Positions 29,758 through 38,197 of a stretch of 64,000 bases of DNA are shown here, in pieces. Positions within the stretch are counted from its first letter, which is position 1, and each line of letters begins with the position of its first letter. The stretch is from Candidatus Woesearchaeota archaeon (GTDB lineage Archaea; Nanobdellota; Nanobdellia; Woesearchaeales; DSVV01), in the NCBI GenBank assembly GCA_018657385.1, contig JABHXF010000009.1:2554-66553 (forward strand), read 5' to 3'. Below the pieces are notes generated by a model. It had not been told where the DNA came from. It did no database searches and saw only the letters and a list, made by a program, of their open reading frames with translations. The position numbers were made by a program, and so were the translations under genes.

Positions 29758-32700
29758 CTACCATCTTTCTTATACACATATGCACCCTTTCTTGTGCCTT
29801 CTTCGATATCAGAAATATAAGCAATTTCTTTTCCAGATCTTCCTGTTAATAACCCATTTAAAACAATAGTTGCAGAATCCCCACTAATACTTCTCTCAGT
29901 AGTAATTGTGTTCACACCCCTACCTAAACCCCTTAATTTTGAACCTGTTCTTCTTTCACTCATACAACCAGATATACTAACCAAGGCAGGTTTCTGATCA
30001 TTGTTTAATTTTTTAATAGCTGGATAATTCCAAGGTCTAAATACACCTCTTTTGATACCTTCTTCATCTGTGCTAAAACTAAACCCAGAATATCTTCCAC
30101 CATATGTATGTGAACTTGTATGGAATACATCATAACCACCTTTTGCAAATTCATTAGCAGCATCTTGAGCAGTATATACTACAGTCATTTCAACTTCAAC
30201 ATCACTGCCATCTTTTGTTTTGTATTTTTTAGGTGAAGATCGTTTTATTTTTCTGTCATCAGCTAAAACACCATTGCTGTCATAAGTCATGGGAACAATC
30301 CTACCACCACTTTGTTTTTCTCGTGAAGCACCAGGTGCATATAATATTCTTATTTTACCATCATCCACCATATTCTCAAAATCAGGATGTAATTCTATGT
30401 AACCACCTTGTTCTTTAATTAAATCAGGGTTAACAAAAGCATCTACAAAATCAAGATCTGTTGATGGTGATATTGTTGGACCTATAAGTTTTTCTACTGA
30501 ATCTTCACCAGATATAAGTGCTTTTCTTGAAGGAAAATCAAAATATCTTCTATATAAATTATATTCACTTTCTGAAACTCTTTCACTAGGGTAAATAGAT
30601 TTGTCCTGTCTAAATGTTATTGGGAATGTTACTTCTTTTTCTTTATCAGGATCAACTGCAACAACTTTTTCTAATTTGCTTGTAGGTCCAGTATCACCTT
30701 TTGGTTTGTCTTCAAAAGATTTTTTAATAAGTTCCAAAGGGGCTTCTTGTTTTCCATTAGATGCTTCTGCAAATTTAATACTAGTATGTTTGTATAGTTC
30801 TCTCCCTTTTCTAACATTAGTATCACCAAAAATATCTGAAATAATTTCTCCTTTCTCAAACTTAATCTTAACCTCTGCATCAGTTGACTTACCTTCTACA
30901 ACTATTCTACCTTGAGAAGAGCTAAGAATCGCATTTAATGATTCTTGTCCAAAAAAACCATCAACACCAATTTTATTCCCATCTAAAACTTGTGTTTCCT
31001 GCCAGTCTTTAACTTTTGCAGATGTTTGTTTATCATAAACTCCTGTTTGTTTAGAACCAACAACTTTTTGTATATTAAGAATATCATTATATTTTCTTGA
31101 ACCTTTTGATGCTTTATCTCCAGGACTAAAATAACCTCTGCTTGGAAAATCCATAAAGTCCTTTACATTTCTGCCTAATGCTTTTTCATGCTGTACATAC
31201 GCCCCTGGAGACATACTTGTTTTAACATTTTTACCATGAGTTATAATTCCATCTTTTGTAAATCCAACATATTCAGAAGTTGAATAAAGTGGCTTTTTCA
31301 TGATTTTTTCTTGGTTAGGAAAAAATAATCGTGTTGCAAATTTATTATGGGGTGTTATTTCAACACCATTAACAGATAAAGTTTTTTCATCTGATTTACC
31401 AGAATAAAGATATAATCTTCTGGATGAACTAACATCATCATAATCATCAACAATAAATTCTCCTTCTAAATAAATTCCCTTCCTTCCCCTATATGGATCA
31501 GGTCCATAACTTTTTACTTTAGTAATTCCTTTGTTGTCTGTAGTGTAATATTCATAGCCACCTATTGTTGTAGCTTTTACTTTTTTAATTTTTGCACCAT
31601 GACCTTCAATTATAGGCGCGACTCTGTGTACTCTAGTTGCCCCACCAGATTGAATATTATAAGCAGTTGCATATTTATCATGCACTGTAATGATTGGAGG
31701 GACCCTTACCTTTTTACCAGCAATATCTACTTTCTCCCTCTCAAACTCGATTCCTTCAACTTCCCCAATTCTTCCAGTAAAAGAAGATGGTCCAACTTCA
31801 ATATCTCTTGCATCCCTTACATTAATTTCTCTTATTTTTCCTTTTTTAATAGAAATTCTACCATTATCACCATTAATTTTAATATCTCCTTCCAAAGGAA
31901 TTGCTTTTCTCAGGTCTTCTTCAACTATTTTTTTAGATTCTGCAAATTCATCTCCTACACTTTCTAATGTTTCTTCTTCAATTGTTAAAGCTTGAACTAT
32001 TTCATTATCACCATAAGCACCTACAAAATCATTCCAACCTTTACCTAAACCAGCCAAAGCTTTTTTAGCCACTTCCTTCTCTTTTGCTGTTTTAAAAACT
32101 TCTATTTCTTTTTCTTTTTTATATTTCAATATTAACTTAAGTTTCCCATTACTAGTAACTTCCATTGCATACTTATCTTTTGCACTACCTTTTTTTAAAT
32201 CATAAACATTAATTGTAGATCCTTTGCACTTTAACTTACCATCTGATGAGAAAGAGATAATATTACCACTAATTGCATTAACATCAACACCTTCTGCCCG
32301 AAGATATTTTGAAAAAATAATTTTCCCCTGTATATCATTATTAATATATTTCCCATTGTTCTTTATTAAATATTTCTTTGTTATTGCCCTATCCTTTGAT
32401 GTTAGTGGATGTAATGTTAAAAGATGTGATGCAAGTATTTCCCTATCATTTAAATCATTAAAATTTACATCATTAAGATATTTTCTTGCAACTTTATGAT
32501 TATCACCAGAGATACTAAGTGGAAGCATAAACCCTCTGAGATATTTTTTCATCAATACTCTGTCGGGGTTTTTTGTTTCTAAAAAATAATTCTTTGCACC
32601 TTCTGGATAAAAAAGCATTTTATTTGGATTGGCTTTAAAATAACTATAAGCTATTTGTGGCCTTGTTTTTAAAAATTCATCACCTAATGTAGTAATTGTA

Positions 32701-32885
32701 TATTCTGGATCAAATGAATAAGCCAAATCAGGATCAGTAAAGATTAAGTCTGGAACATCAGCAATACTACAATCAGGCGGACAACCAGGATTTAAAGCTA
32801 AAGCATTGAAAGAAAATAGAATTAAAACTATTAAACTAATAAGTGTAAATATTAAAATTGAATATTTATTTATTTTTGAATTCAT
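29754..32885 (-). CDS. 1043-aa secreted protein with a PG_binding_1-like repeat and a possible C-terminal caspase-like (clan CD) His/Cys module
   Basis: Signal peptide. GVYDKQTSAKVKDWQETQVLDGNKIGVDGFFGQESLNAI resembles peptidoglycan-binding domain 1. C-terminal DVFHTSSHTYGG ... ALVSISGCMSE resembles a His-Gly / Cys dyad. Confidence 0.6.
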   Translation of the reverse strand: MNSKINKYSILIFTLISLIVLILFSFNALALNPGCPPDCSIADVPDLIFTDPDLAYSFDPEYTITTLGDEFLKTRPQIAYSYFKANPNKMLFYPEGAKNYFLETKNPDRVLMKKYLRGFMLPLSISGDNHKVARKYLNDVNFNDLNDREILASHLLTLHPLTSKDRAITKKYLIKNNGKYINNDIQGKIIFSKYLRAEGVDVNAISGNIISFSSDGKLKCKGSTINVYDLKKGSAKDKYAMEVTSNGKLKLILKYKKEKEIEVFKTAKEKEVAKKALAGLGKGWNDFVGAYGDNEIVQALTIEEETLESVGDEFAESKKIVEEDLRKAIPLEGDIKINGDNGRISIKKGKIREINVRDARDIEVGPSSFTGRIGEVEGIEFEREKVDIAGKKVRVPPIITVHDKYATAYNIQSGGATRVHRVAPIIEGHGAKIKKVKATTIGGYEYYTTDNKGITKVKSYGPDPYRGRKGIYLEGEFIVDDYDDVSSSRRLYLYSGKSDEKTLSVNGVEITPHNKFATRLFFPNQEKIMKKPLYSTSEYVGFTKDGIITHGKNVKTSMSPGAYVQHEKALGRNVKDFMDFPSRGYFSPGDKASKGSRKYNDILNIQKVVGSKQTGVYDKQTSAKVKDWQETQVLDGNKIGVDGFFGQESLNAILSSSQGRIVVEGKSTDAEVKIKFEKGEIISDIFGDTNVRKGRELYKHTSIKFAEASNGKQEAPLELIKKSFEDKPKGDTGPTSKLEKVVAVDPDKEKEVTFPITFRQDKSIYPSERVSESEYNLYRRYFDFPSRKALISGEDSVEKLIGPTISPSTDLDFVDAFVNPDLIKEQGGYIELHPDFENMVDDGKIRILYAPGASREKQSGGRIVPMTYDSNGVLADDRKIKRSSPKKYKTKDGSDVEVEMTVVYTAQDAANEFAKGGYDVFHTSSHTYGGRYSGFSFSTDEEGIKRGVFRPWNYPAIKKLNNDQKPALVSISGCMSERRTGSKLRGLGRGVNTITTERSISGDSATIVLNGLLTGRSGKEIAYISDIEEGTRKGAYVYKKDGS

Positions 32886-32947
32886 TTTTTATGTGTCAAT
32901 TTCTTTTATTTTATGTATTAATTAAATTTTTGTTTTAATTTTAATCC

Positions 32948-34411
32948 TTACTCTAATTCTTTATATGCTTCTTCCTCTACAAACAAAGTCATTTCTTGTT
33001 CACCAACATAACCATTTTGGTCTACAACAGTAATCCTGATTGTATGTTCCCCAATGTTTTCTTCAACAGGAATAAAACCAATTATCCCTGTTTTTTCATC
33101 AATATTAAATAAATCAGTATCATCGTAATAAGTAAATATAGTTTCTTCTGCTTCAGTTATTTCTCCAAGCTCTTCATCTGAATTAACTCCAGCAATAACT
33201 TGATAACTATATACATCCCCAATATATGCTGTTTGATAATCAATATATTCAATAGTTGGCTCATTAAATGATTTAACAACGTCTAACATCATTTTTTCTG
33301 CTCTCATTTCTTCATCTTCACTAACAATACCAATTGTAACTATATAACTTCCAATGTCAGTTTCAGCAGGTGTAAATTGTATTAATCCTGTTAGTTCATC
33401 AATTTCAAATAATTCAGTATTATCATAATATCCTTTGATATTACCAACAGCCTCTACTTGATAGCTATACAAATAACCTGCTTCTGTTACCTGCTTTGGG
33501 ATTGGCAATAAATCTAATGCATCTTCTTTATACTCATCTTCAATATCAAAGAAATGTACAAACATAAAAGTTACGTTATCTCCACCATATTCTTCCTTTG
33601 TGAAAAAATAAAGAATTTGTGAAGTATGGTCAGGAACAGGATCAAGACCAATAAAATTACCTTCTTCATCAGATTCATGGAATACAATGCCATAATCCTC
33701 AACTTCTGCTGTTTTTACTACAATATCATATATTTCTGTTAAATCCCTAATACAACTTAAACAGATAAGATTATCATTTGCTGCTTGATATTCTGAATAT
33801 TCTTTTGCAGCTTGATATAGTTCAGGATAAATAGATTGTACCTCAGTTTCAAATAAACTCCATGTCTTAATTGTTTCTCCAATTTTAACTTCAATTGGAT
33901 AAATCATCTTAACAATAATATTGTCTTCATACATTTCTGAATTAACTTCCAATTGTAATGGCTGAGCTGTAACCTCATAATTTAAATTTGAAAAATCTAA
34001 ACAATCTAAAACAAATGATTTAATCCTTAATGAAAGCTGTTTTTGAAGCTCATCTTTTGTTGGAATAACAGATTCAGAATCATAAACATAAAAAGGAATA
34101 TTAAAAAATGTACTATCGCCAAGATCATTAGTAACTGTAAAAGGCATTGATATTAAACCACCATCTTGATTTGTTCTTACTTCCTTGAATCCACCTTGAA
34201 CAGAATTCCATATGATTGCTTCTTTTGTTGCTTGCTCCATACATGATGTGACATAATTATATATTGGCTTTAGTTCATTAGGAACATCTTGTATTTTTGT
34301 AACCCGAACTCCTTGAGTAAGATAATTTTGAAAATAAATACCTAAACTAAATAAAATTAAGAAAACCATACCTATTATGATGAATAATGTAATTGCGCCT
34401 CTTTTATTCAT
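32948..34411 (-). CDS. family A protein (A3, 487 aa): prepilin/TadG-like N-terminus plus two cadherin-like (He_PIG-type) Ig repeats
   Basis: MNKRGAITLFIIIGMVFLILFSLGIYF. Conserved block P-x5-V-x2-C-x8-EAI-x4-(V/G)-x2-GG(Y/F), here PIYNYVTSCMEQATKEAIIWNSVQGGF. Repeats YSYQV-x(n)-LF-x-ID-x-TG-x-I-x-F-x-P. Confidence 0.7.
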   Translation of the reverse strand: MNKRGAITLFIIIGMVFLILFSLGIYFQNYLTQGVRVTKIQDVPNELKPIYNYVTSCMEQATKEAIIWNSVQGGFKEVRTNQDGGLISMPFTVTNDLGDSTFFNIPFYVYDSESVIPTKDELQKQLSLRIKSFVLDCLDFSNLNYEVTAQPLQLEVNSEMYEDNIIVKMIYPIEVKIGETIKTWSLFETEVQSIYPELYQAAKEYSEYQAANDNLICLSCIRDLTEIYDIVVKTAEVEDYGIVFHESDEEGNFIGLDPVPDHTSQILYFFTKEEYGGDNVTFMFVHFFDIEDEYKEDALDLLPIPKQVTEAGYLYSYQVEAVGNIKGYYDNTELFEIDELTGLIQFTPAETDIGSYIVTIGIVSEDEEMRAEKMMLDVVKSFNEPTIEYIDYQTAYIGDVYSYQVIAGVNSDEELGEITEAEETIFTYYDDTDLFNIDEKTGIIGFIPVEENIGEHTIRITVVDQNGYVGEQEMTLFVEEEAYKELE

Positions 34412-34496
34412 ATATATTAATTATTATATAATATGTTTATATAGTTTTTGGTAGATATATATACATATTTTCTTTTTTATACATTATTGGTGATTT

Positions 34497-34592
34497 AAAT
34501 CCAACAACATTGGCCGGACGAGCCGATAGGCGAGTAGGATTTTTCGAACAGAGTGAGAAAAGTCCGTCCGTGTCATTGTTGTTGTTGGATTT
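34497..34592 (+). repeat. structured repeat family 1, copy C
   Basis: AAATCCAACAACATTGGCC-GGAC-GAGCC-GAUA-GGCGA-GUA-GGAUUUUUC...GAAAAGUCC-GUCCGUGUCATTGTTGTTGTTGGATTT. Confidence 0.75.
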
Positions 34593-34615
34593 GTTATTGA
34601 CATACTAAGAAAATA

Positions 34616-34658
34616 AAAACCTTCAATAGAAACATGTCCTCCGGACCTAGTAAAAAAA
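34616..34658 (-). terminator. family F2 downstream motif after 34674..35441
   Basis: In mRNA sense: TTTTTTTACTAGGTCCGGAGGACATGTTTCTATTGAAGGTT, about 15 nt after the stop. Confidence 0.45.
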
Positions 34659-34673
34659 GAAAAATTAAGAATA

Positions 34674-35441
34674 TTATAATGCTTTATTAAAAACAAGACC
34701 TAAATATCTCTTTGCCCAACTGAAATATATTATAAATACAAGAAGATTAATGAACATTCTAACATTAAAAGGAATAAAATTCATGTATATTGCAATCTGT
34801 GATAATAAGAATAGAACAACTAAAGTAAGAGCAGTAATTATTATATAGGGCAATATGAACAAATAAATCTTTTTGAAAGTTACCTTAAAGAAACTTTTTA
34901 ATTTACCCAATACGAATAATGCATTAGCACTATGAGTTATATAAATTATCGCTGGCAATATGACAAGAACAAAGAACCATGCTTGAATTTTAGCAACCAC
35001 ATAATTCGCTGTAATTGCAAAGAATAATATAAATAATAACATTAAACAAAAATTCAATATACTTAAGTATAAAACTTTTTTAAAATCTAATTTTTTATTG
35101 AATATCTTAGCCCAAATTAAGCCCTTGAAAAAACTGAAATTTGCTAATAACAATATAAATATTAAAGCAGTGAAGATCCCAAAAACATATAGTGATGATT
35201 TAATTTGTTGGCCCATAACCATTAATGCTTCTAAAGGTAAGTTTTGCATACCCTCGACAAAACTATTTGTTTGGAATAAAAAAGTTGCTTCAGGTAAAAT
35301 ATATTTAATAAAAATTGCTAATGAGAAAATAAAGATAAAATAGTAAATTAAATCATATACAACTGTAAATAAATATTGCGGTAAATTCTTTTTTCTAAAG
35401 CAATCTAAGCTTTTAATGAATAATGAATTTTTTATGTGCAT
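34674..35441 (-). CDS. polytopic membrane protein, family D (D2)
   Basis: Six or so hydrophobic helices, with motifs shared with 16895..17782. Confidence 0.65.
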   Translation of the reverse strand: MHIKNSLFIKSLDCFRKKNLPQYLFTVVYDLIYYFIFIFSLAIFIKYILPEATFLFQTNSFVEGMQNLPLEALMVMGQQIKSSLYVFGIFTALIFILLLANFSFFKGLIWAKIFNKKLDFKKVLYLSILNFCLMLLFILFFAITANYVVAKIQAWFFVLVILPAIIYITHSANALFVLGKLKSFFKVTFKKIYLFILPYIIITALTLVVLFLLSQIAIYMNFIPFNVRMFINLLVFIIYFSWAKRYLGLVFNKAL

Positions 35442-35571
35442 GTTTAATATCCCCTGTTTATTCTTTGTAAAGTTTTATGTGTTTATATATTTAATGGGTT
35501 TTGAAGGTTAGGATGGTATGGAATGTTTAGATGGTAAAGAACCTTCCTTACCTTCCAAACTCCAAACCTTC

Positions 35572-37899
35572 CTAGCTCTTATAATAATTAGCTGGCATTT
35601 GACCACAACTATAATCTCCATTATCAACATCAATTATGAATTCTTCTCCACCTAAGACATTACATATAGGCTTAACATACTTATCATTATCTAATATTTT
35701 CAAACAAACATGATCAAATCTACATTCTTGTTTTTTAAAGTTAGTACCATCACCATCACATACAAAAGTTGTTTCATCTCCTGCATAATGGATTCTATGA
35801 ACTCCTAAAGGATTGTTTACAGCAAACTCATCCATCCAACCATATGCACCAGTATATTCTGATCCAAATGATTTTTTCTTTGTACAATGATTGTATAAAT
35901 AAACAATACCATGTATTGGTCCAATTGTTTGTAAAGTAAAAGAATATCTAAATGCATTTTCATCTACTACTTCTTTTTCTCCACCTAAAGTTACAATTAC
36001 TTCTCCTTCATCTAAATAACCAAGATTAAAGCCAAAATTATGTTCTTGTGTTATTGTTAATCCTGAAATAACATCAGTTTCACTCTCACCAGTATTATAA
36101 TAATCCATTGTACAAACAGAATCATACAACCAATACTCTAATCTTGAAAAAGCATTTTCAGTCCAATCATCTAATAAAGTTCCAAAAACACTTTCTACTC
36201 TAGATCTAAACTCAAAATTAAGATTATCATATGTTGCATCCATTTTTTTTTGTGCTCCTGTACATTCTGGACCAGCATAAGCTTTTTTGTCACATGCTTC
36301 AATTGTCTTTTCAATATAACCAGTTGGATCACCAGCACATCTTTTTAAGCCATCGAAAGTAGTACAATAAATACTTCCTTCTGATTCATGAACACATCCT
36401 TTAACATTATCACACTTTCTTTTTGCACAATCTCCACCAGAAGCAGCATCTGCTGCAGTACATCTTTTACCATCTGCAGTTGCATAAACATAACCTTCTG
36501 TTCCTTGGAAAACACTATGATGTTTAAACGTAAAAGAAGCTTTACCAGCATCGCAATTATCATCATCTTCACAAACAAATACATCTCCCTCTGTATCTAA
36601 CCCACCTATTTTAGATGATGATTTTTGTTCTTTAGGTTTTTGTTCTTCTTTTGTTTCTTCTTTCTTTTCTTCTTCTTCATTAGGTGAATTTAGTGGTACA
36701 GTTTTAGTTACAGCCATACTATCTTTAGCAAGTTGGCCTAATTTATTGTATTTGTTAAGATCATCTCCTAAATTATTAGCCATTGTACAATCATTTTTTT
36801 TACATACTAATATTACCTTACCTTCCTGATCATAATAAGCAGTTTCATCATCATCAGTAAGGGAAAAATCAAAACTAACACCCTTTTTATCTCCAGACTT
36901 TTCATTTAAAGTATAACCTTTTCCCTTTTCCCCATCAACATAATAGATTAACTTTTCCTGAGCTTCTTCTTCACCATCATCAGCATCTTCTTCTTCTTCT
37001 CCTGGAGTGTTTGATTTTGGTGGTTTAGCATAAGTGTCTAGTTTCTCTTGATTATTCTTTGCAGTTTTTTTAAGTTGATTTGCTTCTTTAGTTAATTTAT
37101 CTGCAAGTTCTATTTTTCCTTGCTTTTTAGCTTCTTCTGCCGCTTTTTCATAATCATTAGCTAATTCCTTTACTTTTTCATTGTATTCTTCTAACTCTGT
37201 TACTAATTCCTTTCTTTTTTCCTCATCAGGGGACACAGTAAGTACAAATGAAAGTTCATCAGAAAGTTCAGTAATCTTTTGATCATATTCATCTTTTTTC
37301 TTGTCTGCATCTTCAATTGCTTTTTCTAAATTCTCAATTGGTTGTTCTTCTTCAGATGCTTCATCTTCCCCATCTTCATCATCATCATCATCCTCATCTT
37401 CTTCTACATTTGATTCAGGTGGAGGAGCAGGTTCAGTAGAAGGATTTTGTTGTGCATATCCTGTTTCAAATGCACCAACCATTTTATTAAAATCATCTTT
37501 ATCTTTTGGTTCCATCTCAGTGTCCATCATTTGTTTACATTGATTTGCATTACCACATTCACGTTCATCACCACCCATAATAAAAGGTTTTTTTGCATAA
37601 GCTTTAACTAAAGTTGCTTTACCAGAATCATCAACCTTAAATTTAACTTTAAGCTTCCCAGTACCAGCTTCTTTGTAACCTTCATAATTACCTTCATCAT
37701 CAACAGGATATAATGTAATTTCTTTCATCCCTTGACCAATAGTAATTGGATTACCATTTTGTGTTACAGGTTCATCTTTCCAATCTGCCATTCCTGCCAG
37801 ATTACTTTGATAGCTAGGACTATAGAAAACTGCCATTGAAAATAGAAACATGACTAGTACAATCATGCTTACTGCCTTTCTAAAATGCTGTTTTGGCAT
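35572..37899 (-). CDS. family C protein (775 aa): signal anchor, acidic and K/E-rich coiled-coil-like region, conserved roughly 335-aa Cys-rich C-terminal domain
   Basis: The C-terminal 335 aa align almost continuously with the C-terminus of 38198..44596 (for example NFEFRSRVESVFGTLLDDWT, YWLYDSVCTMDYYNTG, ISGLTITQEHNFGFNLGYLDEGE, HYAGDETTF). Confidence 0.75.
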   Translation of the reverse strand: MPKQHFRKAVSMIVLVMFLFSMAVFYSPSYQSNLAGMADWKDEPVTQNGNPITIGQGMKEITLYPVDDEGNYEGYKEAGTGKLKVKFKVDDSGKATLVKAYAKKPFIMGGDERECGNANQCKQMMDTEMEPKDKDDFNKMVGAFETGYAQQNPSTEPAPPPESNVEEDEDDDDDEDGEDEASEEEQPIENLEKAIEDADKKKDEYDQKITELSDELSFVLTVSPDEEKRKELVTELEEYNEKVKELANDYEKAAEEAKKQGKIELADKLTKEANQLKKTAKNNQEKLDTYAKPPKSNTPGEEEEDADDGEEEAQEKLIYYVDGEKGKGYTLNEKSGDKKGVSFDFSLTDDDETAYYDQEGKVILVCKKNDCTMANNLGDDLNKYNKLGQLAKDSMAVTKTVPLNSPNEEEEKKEETKEEQKPKEQKSSSKIGGLDTEGDVFVCEDDDNCDAGKASFTFKHHSVFQGTEGYVYATADGKRCTAADAASGGDCAKRKCDNVKGCVHESEGSIYCTTFDGLKRCAGDPTGYIEKTIEACDKKAYAGPECTGAQKKMDATYDNLNFEFRSRVESVFGTLLDDWTENAFSRLEYWLYDSVCTMDYYNTGESETDVISGLTITQEHNFGFNLGYLDEGEVIVTLGGEKEVVDENAFRYSFTLQTIGPIHGIVYLYNHCTKKKSFGSEYTGAYGWMDEFAVNNPLGVHRIHYAGDETTFVCDGDGTNFKKQECRFDHVCLKILDNDKYVKPICNVLGGEEFIIDVDNGDYSCGQMPANYYKS

Positions 37900-38081
37900 T
37901 AATTAACCCCTTTTATTCACTCTTTTTATTATAATAATACTATATTAAACCAAAATTAATTGATTTTTATTTATTATTCATTTATAGATAAATCTATCTA
38001 TATCAAACATTCTGTAGAAATTGATTTATAAATTTTATTATAGATATATGCAATAATATGATTTTTTATTAATATATGAAT

Positions 38082-38169
38082 AAAAAACAACAACCAAGGC
38101 ACAGACGGACTTTCTTCGAAAGTCCTATTCGCCTCGCTTTGCTCGTCTCATCTGGCCATGTTGTTTTTT
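38082..38169 (-). repeat. structured repeat family 1, copy D
   Basis: The reverse complement reads AAAAAACAACAUGGCCAGAUGAGACGAGCAAAGCGAGGCGAAUAGGACUUUC-GAA-GAAAGUCCGUCUGUGCCUUGGUUGUUGUUUUUU. Confidence 0.75.
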
Positions 38170-38197
38170 GTAGATCTAAAAAATTTAATTGATTCAA

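Noticed and set aside
34484-34696. 70-aa minus-strand ORF
   Set aside because: It spans repeat copy C and the F2 motif between two genes. The translation follows the repeat sequence.
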